Shown: positions 17,148 through 27,803, counted from the first letter of the stretch. The stretch is 64,000 nucleotides of DNA from an uncultured Actinomycetota bacterium (GCA_964346985.1 CAYFWW010000026.1:690-64689), one strand, 5' to 3'. The notes: a model not told the origin generated them from the letters alone. Numbers and translations are program-made.

Positions 17148-18197
17148 TCATGTTATTGATCCAAATAATAAACCAACAAATGTCGAGAAGAATACGACTA
17201 ATAAAAGGTAGGATAACGTTTTTTTTGTACCGACTATTCTTTGTATGGCAAGTATTGAAGGTATAGATAAAGCCGGTCCCGCCAGTAGAAGAGCCAGAAC
17301 TGGACCTTTACCCATTCCTAAAGCTATCAAAGATTTAATTATGGGGACTTCAGTCAGAGTAGCAAAGTACATCAGAGCTCCGGAAAATGAGGCAATAAAA
17401 TTACCTATTAGAGTATTGCCCCCGACATAACTGCTTACCCAATTAGGAGGCATAATGACTTTAATTATGCCTGCTGCAAAAACGCCGATTATTAAAACGG
17501 GTGTTATTAGCTTGATTAAATTCCAAGTCTCGGCAAGCCACAATTTAACCTCATTTTGCTCAAAACGCAATAGACAAAAATAAATGATTAAGATGATTTC
17601 AATGATTACTGATGGCCATTTAATAAAAATCGGTATTTTTGCAGTTGCTGTCAGAAGTATACTGATTAATACTAGCAAGAATAACAAACGTTGAAAGTCT
17701 GTCCCCTTGCTGCCATCAGTTGTGAAAATTATAGCTTGCCTATCTTTTTTAGCTTGCTCTTCTTTAATAAAGATTAAAGACATAATGATGCCGATAGTTG
17801 CAGCGAATATGACAGCAAATATTGCTCGGGCTAAACCCAGTTCAAAACCGAGCAAGCGGGCAGTATAAACTATAGCTAAAATATTTATGGCCGGGCCCGA
17901 ATATAGAAAAGCGAAAGCTGGGCCAAGGCCGGCTCCTCTTCGGTAAATTCCGGCAAACAGAGGAAGGACTGTACATGAGCATACAGCCAGTATTGCTCCT
18001 GAAATTGAGGCAACAGTATATGAAATAATTTTATTGGCCTGAGGGCCGAAATATTTTAAAATCGATTCTTTAGATACAAAAGTAGCTATGGCACCTGCAA
18101 TAAAAAAGGCCGGGAGCAAACAGGTAAAAGTATGGTTCCAAATATAATCGACAAGTGCCTGCCATCCTCCAAGAAGTATCGACTGCCAAGTTATCAT
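17148..18197 (-). CDS. COG0701-type permease (ArsP-like putative organoarsenical/metalloid efflux)
   Basis: 349 aa, polytopic, with conserved CSCTVLPLF and YSGPAIN motifs. 4-nt overlap with arsR. Confidence 0.7.
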   Translation of the reverse strand: MITWQSILLGGWQALVDYIWNHTFTCLLPAFFIAGAIATFVSKESILKYFGPQANKIISYTVASISGAILAVCSCTVLPLFAGIYRRGAGLGPAFAFLYSGPAINILAIVYTARLLGFELGLARAIFAVIFAATIGIIMSLIFIKEEQAKKDRQAIIFTTDGSKGTDFQRLLFLLVLISILLTATAKIPIFIKWPSVIIEIILIIYFCLLRFEQNEVKLWLAETWNLIKLITPVLIIGVFAAGIIKVIMPPNWVSSYVGGNTLIGNFIASFSGALMYFATLTEVPIIKSLIALGMGKGPVLALLLAGPALSIPSILAIQRIVGTKKTLSYLLLVVFFSTFVGLLFGSIT

Positions 18198-18514
18198 TTA
18201 TTTTTCCTTATCTCGGCTAGCACTTTTTGATTTTCGGATAGTTCCTCGGAGATGATTTCATCTAGAATTGTCAATAACTTATTTAATTTCTTATTTTTAA
18301 TCCGGTAAAAGACAGATAGACCGCGTTTTTCGTTTTCTACGATTCCTTCTTGCCGTAGTATGTTAAGGTGCTGCGATATATTAGGCTGCTCCAGCTTTAA
18401 TAAAGGAATCATCTCACAGACACACTTCTCTCCGTCAGCCAGAAAATCAACGATTTTTAAGCGGGTAGGGTGGGCTAAAGATTTAAATATCCTTGCTTTG
18501 ATTTCATTTAACAT
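18194..18514 (-). CDS. arsR: ArsR/SmtB-family metalloregulator
   Basis: FKSLAHPTRLKIVDFL, CVCEM metal-site motif, wHTH, 106 aa. Confidence 0.85.
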   Translation of the reverse strand: MLNEIKARIFKSLAHPTRLKIVDFLADGEKCVCEMIPLLKLEQPNISQHLNILRQEGIVENEKRGLSVFYRIKNKKLNKLLTILDEIISEELSENQKVLAEIRKNK

Positions 18515-19047
18515 ATTATCACCTATTTATATTAGTATATTAGTATATTATATAATAATTAATTACTTATCAAATAATTAATTAAAAAATTATATTTGGG
18601 GACAATAGCTTCTCTTTAGAGGAGCAATTAAAAGGAGAAACTATAATATTTAACATTACCTTTATCTCCATCTACCTTGGCTAATTGGCCTGTTTTAATA
18701 ATTTTAGTGGACGGGTCAATATTGACAACAGCCGGAAATACGTATTCCCTGGCGGTAAGCATTTCCGGAGATGTAAAGAAAAGGAGTAACATTAAGGTTA
18801 TATTTATCCATTTTAAACAAGTTAAATGCCTTGTAACCTATTTCACTTCTTTTTGCTCTAGCTGAATTCACAAGCAAGATTATAAATCTTTGTTGAGTAA
18901 TGACTTCCAGAAGTTTTTTAGCCATAGTTATTATGTGCTTTAAGCATTAACCTTTTAAATTATTATTGTCAGAAATAGGAAAAGACATGAAGATATTTTA
19001 TAATAATTGAAAGAGAGATTATTGTTTAAAATAATAATTCTTATTTT

Positions 19048-19254
19048 ATGGAGAGTCAAAATATCTGGGAGATAATTAAATTAATTTGGCCATTGATTAT
19101 TCTTCAGTATGGATTAGCGATTTGGGCCATTGTTGATATTGCTAAAACAAATAGGACTAAAAACCTTTCTCCCGTAGTATGGATTATTATCTGCCTGTTT
19201 ATCAATATAATCGGCCCGGTTCTTTACTTTTTAATTGGAAGAAGCGAGGAATAG
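19048..19254 (+). CDS. PLD nuclease N-terminal (PLDc_N) small membrane protein
   Basis: 68 aa, 2 TM helices, AIWAIVDI ... WIIICLFINIIGPVLYFLIGR. Confidence 0.6.
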   Translation: MESQNIWEIIKLIWPLIILQYGLAIWAIVDIAKTNRTKNLSPVVWIIICLFINIIGPVLYFLIGRSEE

Positions 19255-20181
19255 TTGAGCACCATAAAAGTGAGTAATTTAACAAAATCCTTTAACGGGT
19301 TTTTGGCTGTAAACGACCTGAGCTTTGAAGTCCAAAAGAATAAAGTCTTTGGATTTTTAGGGCCTAATGGGGCAGGTAAGACGACAACTATCCGAATGAT
19401 AGCTGGATTATTAAAGCCGGATAAAGGCCAAATAAAATTATCAGGTAAAGAGATTCTTTTCGGGCAATCGAGAAACCTGAATCTGTTCGGTTATCTGTCT
19501 GAGCAGCCTTCTTTTTATAACTGGATGACAGGTTGGGAATACTTGAATTTTATGGCTGATCTTTTTCAGATAGATAAGCAAATAAAGAAAAAGCGCCTTG
19601 GCGGCCTGTTAAAAATTACTGGAATTGAAAATTTCAAGAATAGAAAAATCGGAACATACTCCGGTGGCATGCGCCAAAGATTAGGAATTGCACAAGCTTT
19701 GATTAATCAGCCGGAGATATTAATTTTAGATGAACCGGTATCTTCTTTAGACCCGATAGGCCGAAAGGATGTTTTAAGAGTTATTGAACAGCTTAAAGAA
19801 GATAAGACTATTTTTATGTCAACCCATATACTAGCTGATGTTGATAGGGTCTGTGATGATGTAGCAATTATAAATGAAGGCGAGTTAGTAATTCAGTCAC
19901 CCCTGGCGGTTTTAAAAGAAAAATATGCCAAGCCGCTTCTTGAAGTCGAGTTTATCCGCGATCCTTCTGAGATAATTAAATCATTATCTATAGAGAAGTG
20001 GCAGCACAGAATAGAAAAAAATGGAAACAAGCTCAGGATTTGGTTGAGTGATGAAAAATTAATCAATAAAAATGACCCGATTAAATTTCTAACCCAATTT
20101 AATATAGGTATTTTAAGATATGGGCTTACTCTTCCGGAGACGGAAGACCTCTTTATGGAACTGGTGAAAAAGAAAGAATGA
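19255..20181 (+). CDS. ABC-2-type transporter ATP-binding protein
   Basis: GPNGAGKTT, YSGGMRQR, ILILDEP. TTG start directly after the upstream stop. Confidence 0.9.
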   Translation: MSTIKVSNLTKSFNGFLAVNDLSFEVQKNKVFGFLGPNGAGKTTTIRMIAGLLKPDKGQIKLSGKEILFGQSRNLNLFGYLSEQPSFYNWMTGWEYLNFMADLFQIDKQIKKKRLGGLLKITGIENFKNRKIGTYSGGMRQRLGIAQALINQPEILILDEPVSSLDPIGRKDVLRVIEQLKEDKTIFMSTHILADVDRVCDDVAIINEGELVIQSPLAVLKEKYAKPLLEVEFIRDPSEIIKSLSIEKWQHRIEKNGNKLRIWLSDEKLINKNDPIKFLTQFNIGILRYGLTLPETEDLFMELVKKKE

Positions 20182-20948
20182 AGGTTTTTCTTGTCTTGTT
20201 AAAGAAAGAGTTTTTGGAACAAATACGCTTGAAAAAACTCTTAATAATCGTAGTGTTATTTCTTTTTGCTGCTATCGGTTCACCAATCTTTGCCAAGTTG
20301 ATGCCAGAAATCTTAAGATCAATGGAGTCCAGCAATCTGGCAATTGATATATCCGATCCAACCTACCTGGATTCGGTCGATCAGTTTATTAAAAATCTTA
20401 GCCAGATTGTTATCTTTGTCTTGATTCTTGTCTCTGCGGGTACAATAGCTGATGAGAAGACGAAAAAAACACTTGAATTATTATTGGTCAAACCTGTTTC
20501 CAAAATTAAATTTATTCTGGCCAAATATGTAAGTTTTTATCTTTCTATTATAGTAACTTACATTATTTCTTCTCTGATTTTTTATTTTTATACGGTCTCA
20601 GTTTTTAGAGGATTTAATTTTAACAATTTTATCTATATTGATTTCATTGTTCTCCTTTATATTCTATTAATCGTCTCTATCACAATATGCGCAAGCGCTT
20701 TTTTTAGAAGTAGTTTACTGGCCAGTGCGGTTGGTTTTCTAGGATTAATATTTTTTAGTACTTTTTCAAATATTTTTACTGATTTAAATGACTACGCACC
20801 AAATTATATTATTTATCACTACAAAGAAATTCTTGTCTCCGGCTGGCAAAATGATTTCATTCTGTCGATTGTTATTTCTCTAATTTTAATTATTTTCTTA
20901 GTTATAATGGCTGCCTTTATCTTTAAAAGGCAAGAGATTTTAAACTAA
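20178..20948 (+). CDS. ABC-2 family transporter permease
   Basis: 256 aa, 6 TM helices, 4-nt overlap with the ATPase gene. Confidence 0.75.
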   Translation: MKVFLVLLKKEFLEQIRLKKLLIIVVLFLFAAIGSPIFAKLMPEILRSMESSNLAIDISDPTYLDSVDQFIKNLSQIVIFVLILVSAGTIADEKTKKTLELLLVKPVSKIKFILAKYVSFYLSIIVTYIISSLIFYFYTVSVFRGFNFNNFIYIDFIVLLYILLIVSITICASAFFRSSLLASAVGFLGLIFFSTFSNIFTDLNDYAPNYIIYHYKEILVSGWQNDFILSIVISLILIIFLVIMAAFIFKRQEILN

Positions 20949-21016
20949 TTGAAACTTGTCAATTTAGCCGAAGCTATTCAAGGAATATCAAGATTTTAAA
21001 TCTGTTGTTTCTAAAT

Positions 21017-23008
21017 ATGGATAAAAACAAGCATAAAGAAAGCAAAATGGCTGGAAAAAGCCACCATGAACATATGATAGCTGATTATAAAAAAAGGTTC
21101 TGGGTAAGTTTGATTTTAACTTTTCCGGTTCTGCTTCTTTCTCCGATGATTCAAGAATTTATCGGTATTGAAGAGGCATTAAGGTTTCCAGGCTACCAAT
21201 TCCTTCTGTTTGTCTTTTCTACAATAGTCTTTTTTTACGGAGGTTACCCATTTTTAAAAGGTATATTAAATGAACTGAAATCTTTAAGACCAGGTATGAT
21301 GACTCTTATTGCCTTAGCAATTTCTGTAGCATATCTTTACAGCAGCAGTGTCGTTTTTGGATTGAAGGGGAAATTTTTCTATTGGGAGCTAGCAACCCTT
21401 ATTGATGTAATGCTTCTTGGCCATTGGATTGAGATGAAATCAGTAATGGGGGCATCAATGGCCTTACAGGCTCTGGCTAGGCTAATGCCTTCTGAAGCTC
21501 ATTTAGTCAAAGATGATGGAAGCAGCCTCGATGTGCCACTTGAGAAACTGAAGAAGGAAGATAAAGTATTGATAAAACCGGGAGAGAAGATACCAGCCGA
21601 TGGGAAAGTTATAGAAGGCCAGACCTCAGTCAATGAAGCTATGTTAACCGGTGAATCCAAACCTTTATTTAAAGAAAAGGAAAGCCAAGTTATAGGTGGT
21701 TCTATTAACGGCGAAGGTTCAATTATTGTTGAGATAAAGAAGACAGGAAAAGACTCTTATCTTTCTCAGGTCATAGAATTAGTTAAAGAAGCTCAAGCTA
21801 GTAAGTCAAAAACACAGGATCTTGCCAACCGGGCAGCACTCTGGTTGACATTGATTGCTATTGGCGGGGGCAGCTTGACTCTTTTTATCTGGTTTTTTGT
21901 TGTTGGCAAGGATTTTACTTTTGCGCTTGAAAGATCAGTTACAGTTATGGTAATTACCTGCCCTCATGCCTTGGGTTTAGCTGTACCTTTGGTAGTCGCA
22001 GTGTCAACTGCAATATCTGCCAGCAATGGCCTGTTAATTAGAAACAGAGTCTCTTTCGAACAGGCTAGAAAAATTCAGGCAGTAGTCTTTGATAAAACCG
22101 GAACTCTCACTAAGGGTGAATTTGGAGTTACTGATATAGTATCTTTTGACAAAGATTTTAATGATAGGGAACTTCTAAAATTAGCAGCTTCTGTTGAAAA
22201 TAATTCTGAACACCCGATTGCCAGGGGTATTGTATCTTCAGCCGAAGATTTTTATCCTGTCCGGGATTTTAGAGCAATTACCGGGCAAGGAGCAGAAGGG
22301 AAAGTCCAAGGATTTGATGTAAAAATAGTCAGCTCGGGTTATTTAAGAAAGAAAAATATTGAGTTTAATAAAAATAAGTTGGAAAATTTATCGACTGAAG
22401 GCAAAACGATAGTCTTTGTTTTGGTTGATAATAAAATAAAAGGAGCTATTGCCTTAGCTGATATTATCAGGCCGGAATCAAGAAAAGCAATTTCTGAACT
22501 CAAAGGGATGGGAATTAAATGTATGATGTTGACCGGAGACAATGAAAAAGTTGCCAAATGGGTTTCTGAACAACTAAAGCTTGATGAGTATTTTGCTGAA
22601 ATATTGCCACCAGAAAAATCAGATAAAGTGAAAGATGTTCAGTCCAGAGATTTAATCGTGGCTATGGTCGGAGATGGCGTCAATGATGCACCTGCCTTAG
22701 CTCAAGCAGATGTTGGTATTGCTATTGGAACAGGAACAGATGTAGCCGTTGAAACTGCTGATATTATCTTGGTTAGAAGTAATCCGCTTGATGCGCTGGC
22801 CATTATCGGACTGGCCAAAGCAACTTACGCCAAGATGGTACAGAACCTAGCCTGGGCAACTGGTTATAATGCAGTGGCTATTCCTGTTGCTGCCGGAGTT
22901 CTTTATAGTTACGGCATAATTTTAAATCCGGCCATAGGGGCTGCTCTTATGTCATTAAGCACAGTTATCGTTGCTATAAATGCCAGATTTTTAAAGATGG
23001 TTAAATAA
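21017..23008 (+). CDS. copB: heavy-metal P1B-type ATPase, CopB-like (CPH motif, His-rich N-terminus)
   Basis: KSHHEHM N-terminus, TGES, CPH in VITCPHALGLAVP, DKTGTLT, GDGVNDAP. Confidence 0.9.
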   Translation: MDKNKHKESKMAGKSHHEHMIADYKKRFWVSLILTFPVLLLSPMIQEFIGIEEALRFPGYQFLLFVFSTIVFFYGGYPFLKGILNELKSLRPGMMTLIALAISVAYLYSSSVVFGLKGKFFYWELATLIDVMLLGHWIEMKSVMGASMALQALARLMPSEAHLVKDDGSSLDVPLEKLKKEDKVLIKPGEKIPADGKVIEGQTSVNEAMLTGESKPLFKEKESQVIGGSINGEGSIIVEIKKTGKDSYLSQVIELVKEAQASKSKTQDLANRAALWLTLIAIGGGSLTLFIWFFVVGKDFTFALERSVTVMVITCPHALGLAVPLVVAVSTAISASNGLLIRNRVSFEQARKIQAVVFDKTGTLTKGEFGVTDIVSFDKDFNDRELLKLAASVENNSEHPIARGIVSSAEDFYPVRDFRAITGQGAEGKVQGFDVKIVSSGYLRKKNIEFNKNKLENLSTEGKTIVFVLVDNKIKGAIALADIIRPESRKAISELKGMGIKCMMLTGDNEKVAKWVSEQLKLDEYFAEILPPEKSDKVKDVQSRDLIVAMVGDGVNDAPALAQADVGIAIGTGTDVAVETADIILVRSNPLDALAIIGLAKATYAKMVQNLAWATGYNAVAIPVAAGVLYSYGIILNPAIGAALMSLSTVIVAINARFLKMVK

Positions 23009-23044
23009 ATTATATTAATAATTAAGATGAATTTTAATTGCCTT

Positions 23045-23389
23045 CTATCTTAATACCAACTGATGGACTAAGGCTCCTAGAAACCAAACAGCGAAACTCA
23101 GAAGAAGTGCAGTTGAAAGCCATGTGCCTTTATTAAAACTAAAGAAAGCGGCTATAAAAAATAAAAGGCTTGGCAGGAGGTTATATACTGCATCTAATGT
23201 ATAATCAACCATAATTTTTCTGCTTCCCTTATTTTCAAAGTAAATCAAGACCAAAACAATAAAAGCAGTAAGAGGCATGGTGGCTATCAAACCGGTTAGA
23301 GTAGGTATTTTTCGGGCAAAAAGGTGGCTATTAAAGTTATAAATAAGGAAATAATTATCTTTATTATCAAGTCCATAATTAATTCTCAT
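23045..23389 (-). CDS. hypothetical membrane protein
   Basis: 114 aa with 3 hydrophobic helices. No family recognised. Confidence 0.4.
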   Translation of the reverse strand: MRINYGLDNKDNYFLIYNFNSHLFARKIPTLTGLIATMPLTAFIVLVLIYFENKGSRKIMVDYTLDAVYNLLPSLLFFIAAFFSFNKGTWLSTALLLSFAVWFLGALVHQLVLR

Positions 23390-23569
23390 TTTGCAGATAT
23401 CGTTATAATGATTTAAAGAATACTAAAAATAGTTGAGTAATGTTATTAATAATGAATATCTATTGTTTTATGAATAAATTGGGCTATTTATTGTTTGAAA
23501 ATATAAAATAAATCTGCTTCGTTTTGAATATAATTATGACTTCTCAAATTTTAAATTGGGGGATGTTTA

Positions 23570-25237
23570 ATGGAAAAGAATAAAGAATTGAAAAGCGAGG
23601 CTTCAATAGTATTAAAAAGGATATTGAGGAAAGACGCCTCTTTATGGGTAAAAGGTAAAAGAGAGCAGCAAGATGTAAAAAATAGGCTTGGCTGGTTGAA
23701 TGTGATTGAATTTATGCAAACAAAAGTTGATCCGCTTCATAAGTTTTCTTTAAAGATTAAAAGTCAAGGTTTTACCGATATAGTTCTCTTAGGAATGGGT
23801 GGCTCTAGCCTTGCTCCCTACCTTTTTTATAAAGTTTTTGGCTCAAAAAAAGGATATCCAGCTCTCCATGTATTGGATACCACTGATCCAGAGGTAGTCG
23901 AGGCTTATCACAAAAAATTAAAATTGGAGAGGACTCTTTTTATAGTTGCATCTAAATCTGGCACTACCATTGAATCCATTTCACTTTATAAATATTTCTT
24001 TCAAAAAGTTTCTGAATTGAAGGAAAAACCTGGACAAAATTTTATTTCTATTACTGATAGAAATACATCTCTGGAAAAGATAGCCAAAAAAAATAATTTC
24101 AGGAGGAATTTTACAAATCCCTCTGATATAGGCGGGCGCTATTCGGCACTTTCTTATTTTGGATTAGTTCCAGCAGTACTTATTGGAATCGATATTAAAA
24201 AGATTCTGGATTCAGCCAGGATGATGAAGAATAGATGCCAGCCGAAGGTAGAAAATCACCCGATAGCGGCCTGGGTCCTCGGCTCTTTTCTAAGTAAAAA
24301 TGTTAAAGAAAAAAAGAATAAATTAACAATAATCTGTGATCCGGAAATGAAAACTTTTAGCATGTGGCTTGAGCAGTTGTTAGCAGAGAGTACCGGCAAA
24401 AAGCAAACAGGCGTAATTCCAGTAGTTTTAGAACCGAGAATTAACCTGGCTGATTACAAAAATGATAGATTTTTTTGTTTAATAGGTTTATCCGGTAATA
24501 GAAGCAAGAGATTAAAAGATAAAGCAGAAAAATTAAAGAATTATGGATTCCCGGTCATGGAATTCTATCTTAAGGGCAAATATTCATTAGGTGGAGAATT
24601 TTTCCGCTGGGAGATGGCTACTGCAATATGCGGTTATCATCTGGGAATTAATCCGTTTGATGAACCAAATGTCACAGAGAGCAAGAATAAGACCAAAGAG
24701 ATACTTAAGAGATTTAATAAAACTGGAAGATTGATCAGCGGCCAACCTAGGGTTAAGAAGAAAGGCATTAATATATATGCTTCCCCAAATATTTCCCAAA
24801 AATTGGGTAAAAATCCCAGGCCAGAGACGGTTCTTAAAAGCTTATTGCAAAAGATTCCTAGCCAGGGTTATCTGGCTATTCTTGCCTACCTACCTTATAC
24901 ATCAAGGGCCGAAAACTTGTTATATAGTTTGAGGGTCGCACTTTCGAAACAGACCAAAAAACCTGTTCTCTTTGGTTTTGGGCCGAGGTATCTTCACTCA
25001 ATTGGCCAGGAATACAAGGGAGGCCCAGAGGAAGGAGCTTTTCTAATTATTTCCCGCAAGAAAAAGGATAGCCCGCTAGTCCCTGGTGAAAAATATTCAT
25101 TTTGGCAACTTCAGATTGCTCAAGCCCTTGGTGACTATCAAGTATTAAAGGAGAATAAAAGACCGGTTCTCCATCTACATTATGTAGAGAATTATTTATT
25201 TTCCCTAGAAGAGATGGTTAAAAAAATTAGGCTATAG
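23570..25237 (+). CDS. pgi: glucose-6-phosphate isomerase
   Basis: LGMGGSSLAP, ASKSGTTIES, SDIGGRYSALS, NPFDEPNVTESK. Confidence 0.85.
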   Translation: MEKNKELKSEASIVLKRILRKDASLWVKGKREQQDVKNRLGWLNVIEFMQTKVDPLHKFSLKIKSQGFTDIVLLGMGGSSLAPYLFYKVFGSKKGYPALHVLDTTDPEVVEAYHKKLKLERTLFIVASKSGTTIESISLYKYFFQKVSELKEKPGQNFISITDRNTSLEKIAKKNNFRRNFTNPSDIGGRYSALSYFGLVPAVLIGIDIKKILDSARMMKNRCQPKVENHPIAAWVLGSFLSKNVKEKKNKLTIICDPEMKTFSMWLEQLLAESTGKKQTGVIPVVLEPRINLADYKNDRFFCLIGLSGNRSKRLKDKAEKLKNYGFPVMEFYLKGKYSLGGEFFRWEMATAICGYHLGINPFDEPNVTESKNKTKEILKRFNKTGRLISGQPRVKKKGINIYASPNISQKLGKNPRPETVLKSLLQKIPSQGYLAILAYLPYTSRAENLLYSLRVALSKQTKKPVLFGFGPRYLHSIGQEYKGGPEEGAFLIISRKKKDSPLVPGEKYSFWQLQIAQALGDYQVLKENKRPVLHLHYVENYLFSLEEMVKKIRL

Positions 25238-25251
25238 CTAGTCAAGAGGGA

Positions 25252-25761
25252 CTAAGACAACTCGATTGGTTTTGTTTTTAATTTTTTACCATTTAGATTT
25301 ATAAAAAGTTGATTACTTTTATGGTAGTAGGTCAACCAGTTCTGCCTAGTAAGATTGTTTGAAATCAAGTTGACAAAGTTATTTTCAAAAGCAATCAATT
25401 TGATTCTTTTCGAACGCACAAACCTTTTTTTAAGTTCTTTTTGCAAGGCTAATATTTTTTTCTTGTTTTTTTTAAGAATATAAATATTTCTATGGGAATT
25501 GCTTCTAAGTATCTTTTCAATCTTATCCAAGCTGGTCTTTCCACACTCAATCCAGATCTGAACTTTACTTTTATTGTCCCAACCCAATAGATCTGGCTTA
25601 TATTTTTCATCAACTCTCTTTTCAATGGCCATATTTTTATCAAATTGCGAAAACATAATATAGGCCAATATTTTTAAAGTTATGTGGTCAATTGATTCTT
25701 TATCGCCTTTGGTTAATATTATTTTTTTATCATTAAACTTAAAAGTTAATTTTGTTTTCAT
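25252..25761 (-). CDS. YaeQ-family (PD-(D/E)xK-like) protein
   Basis: HITLKILAYIMF and KPDLLGWDNKSKVQIWIECGKTSLDKIEKILR parallel the E. coli YaeQ EPDLW...IRLWIELGQPDERRIRKA region, quoted from memory. Confidence 0.45.
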   Translation of the reverse strand: MKTKLTFKFNDKKIILTKGDKESIDHITLKILAYIMFSQFDKNMAIEKRVDEKYKPDLLGWDNKSKVQIWIECGKTSLDKIEKILRSNSHRNIYILKKNKKKILALQKELKKRFVRSKRIKLIAFENNFVNLISNNLTRQNWLTYYHKSNQLFINLNGKKLKTKPIELS

Positions 25762-25890
25762 ATTTTTAATTTTAACTTTATTATATGTTTAAGGATTGAC
25801 AGATCTTTTTTTATTATACTTAAAAATAATCATCGGAAAGAACTAAAATCAAAAGTAGGCTAAAATAGTTTTTAAGCGATTGGACAAACG

Positions 25891-26397
25891 ATGGATATTA
25901 TAGAGTTAATCAAATCAAGAAGAAGCATCAGAAGATTTTCAAAAACAAAAGTCAAAGAGGAAGTAATAGATAAACTTATTGAAGCAGGACGTTGGGCGCC
26001 GTCAGGTTTAAACAATCAACCTTGGAAATTTATTATTGTCAAAAATTCCAGCATAAAACAAGAATTGGCTAAACTCACTAAGTATGGAAATGTAATTAAC
26101 AAGGCTGATCTATTGATCGTTGTATTCCTTGACCATGGTGCAACTTATAATAGGACGAAAGACCTACAAGCTATCGGTGCCTGTATTCAAAATATATTAT
26201 TAGAGGCCTACTCGCTTAGCGTAGGTTCTTGCTGGTTAGGCGAGATACTGAAAAACAAGGAAAAAGTGGAAAAGATACTTGATGTTACAGAAAACATGGA
26301 ATTGATGGCTGTAATAGCTATTGGCTATCCAGAACAGGCAATCAATGAAGGTTACCGTAAGCCTAAAGAAAAGTTTATTATTTCCAGGATAGATTGA
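25891..26397 (+). CDS. nitroreductase-family protein
   Basis: IKSRRSIRRF, APSGLNNQPW, CWLGE. Confidence 0.85.
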   Translation: MDIIELIKSRRSIRRFSKTKVKEEVIDKLIEAGRWAPSGLNNQPWKFIIVKNSSIKQELAKLTKYGNVINKADLLIVVFLDHGATYNRTKDLQAIGACIQNILLEAYSLSVGSCWLGEILKNKEKVEKILDVTENMELMAVIAIGYPEQAINEGYRKPKEKFIISRID

Positions 26398-26456
26398 TAA
26401 AAAATTTGATTGGCAATATATTACACCAGTTTAATTAATTCAATAATTGTAAGATT

Positions 26457-27143
26457 ATGAATATAAATCAAGAACTAAAGAAAGTCTCATATTTTTCCAG
26501 CTTGACCCCGTCTGCTTTAAGTGAGCTTAATTCGATTGTAAATTTAAAAACATATCAACCAGGAGAAATAATCTTTCTTGAGGAGGATTCGCCTTCCGGC
26601 CTTTATATCATCAAGAAGGGAAAAGTAAAAATTTATAAACTATCGGCAGATGGCCGTAGTATTTTACTAGAAATAATTCATCCCGGGACGTCATTTGGTG
26701 AAGTAGCCGTTTTTGATGGGAAAAATTTTCCGGCAAATGCCGAGGCTATGACTCAAGCAGAAGTGATTTTTATTCAAAGAAGTGATTTTCTAAATTTTTT
26801 AAAGAATAATCCTGACGTTGCCCTGCAGGTAATTAAGGATTTGGGCGCTAGGTTAAGATATGCTCAAAACAGAGTAAGAAGTTTGATTACCAGAAAAGCC
26901 GAGGAGAGAATGGCCTCAATCATTTTGAAGCTTACGCAAAAACTTGGCCAAGAAAAAGAAGGCGGATTTGTCGTTGACTTGCCTTTAACCAGACAGGATA
27001 TTGCTGAGATGACTGGAACAACTCAAGAAACAGCTATTAGAATTCTTAGTAAATGGCAGAAAGAGAATTTAATAATATTCAAAAACAAGAAACTGGTTGT
27101 AATTGACCAGCAAAGAATAGAAGAAAGAACCGGGCTTCATTAA
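26457..27143 (+). CDS. Crp/Fnr-family transcriptional regulator
   Basis: cNMP-binding beta-roll (GEIIFLEEDSPSGLYIIKKGKVKIY, FGEVAVF) and C-terminal HTH (RQDIAEMTGTTQETAIRIL). Confidence 0.85.
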   Translation: MNINQELKKVSYFSSLTPSALSELNSIVNLKTYQPGEIIFLEEDSPSGLYIIKKGKVKIYKLSADGRSILLEIIHPGTSFGEVAVFDGKNFPANAEAMTQAEVIFIQRSDFLNFLKNNPDVALQVIKDLGARLRYAQNRVRSLITRKAEERMASIILKLTQKLGQEKEGGFVVDLPLTRQDIAEMTGTTQETAIRILSKWQKENLIIFKNKKLVVIDQQRIEERTGLH

Positions 27144-27146
27144 ATT

Positions 27147-27560
27147 TTACTCTCCTATTATCTTGATGATTAAACGTTTTGGCCTTTGGCCGTCGAATTC
27201 AGCATAATAGATTTGTTGCCAGGGACCAAGGTCTAGGCCTCCTTGTGTAATAGGAATAATTACTTGATGGCCGATTATAAGATTTTTTAAATGAGCATCT
27301 CCGTTTACTTCACCTGTTCTGTGGTGGTGATAATCAGGCCCCTCGGGAGCAAGGTTTTGTAACCATTCTTCTATATCCTGGATTATCCCTTGTTCAGCAT
27401 CATTAATATAAACACCGGCAGTGATGTGCATGGCCGAAACAAGTACAAAGCCTTCAACAACCTGGCTTTCGCTGACAGCATGATCAACATTATTGGTAAT
27501 ATTAAGATATTCTCTTTTTTTGTTTGTATTGAATGTTTTATATACAGTGTGGCTTTTCAC
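27147..27560 (-). CDS. yjbQ: YjbQ/UPF0047 family protein (secondary thiamine-phosphate synthase-like)
   Basis: [50 protein letters not shown]. Confidence 0.8.
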   Translation of the reverse strand: MKSHTVYKTFNTNKKREYLNITNNVDHAVSESQVVEGFVLVSAMHITAGVYINDAEQGIIQDIEEWLQNLAPEGPDYHHHRTGEVNGDAHLKNLIIGHQVIIPITQGGLDLGPWQQIYYAEFDGQRPKRLIIKIIGE

Positions 27561-27803
27561 TTTTATCCCTCCTATTTAGAATATGGATAAATTAATCAAG
27601 TTTATATTACAACATTAAGCATAATTTTAATTATTGAGCAATTCCATTTCTTCATAGAGTCGATTTTCTGGTGAATTTATTTATGTTGATATTGATAAAT
27701 AATTTTAGATGTTATTTTGGATAGAACTTATTTTAATGGTCTGGTAATATAAGAAATTAACAGTTATTTATAAGAAGATTAAAATATATTTAAGGGAGAA
27801 AAA

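Noticed and set aside
18557-18583. AATTAATTA-N9-TAATTAATT inverted repeat and TATTAGTATA tandem repeats upstream of arsR as an ArsR operator
   Set aside because: It is composed only of A/T in a spacer that is nearly pure A/T. Such symmetry is expected by chance, so it is not reported as a feature.
18613-18925. Minus-strand ORF 18716-18925 (69 aa) continuing in a different frame to 18613 (...VVNIDPSTKIIKTGQLAKVDGDKGNVKYYSFSF): a possible frameshifted gene between the arsR operon and the PLDc_N gene. A plus-strand ORF (18677-18865) overlaps it.
   Set aside because: I recognise no family for either piece. There is no clear RBS, and the alternative reading is a 44-aa ORF from an internal ATG. 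I cannot separate a decayed gene from chance ORFs without a database search.
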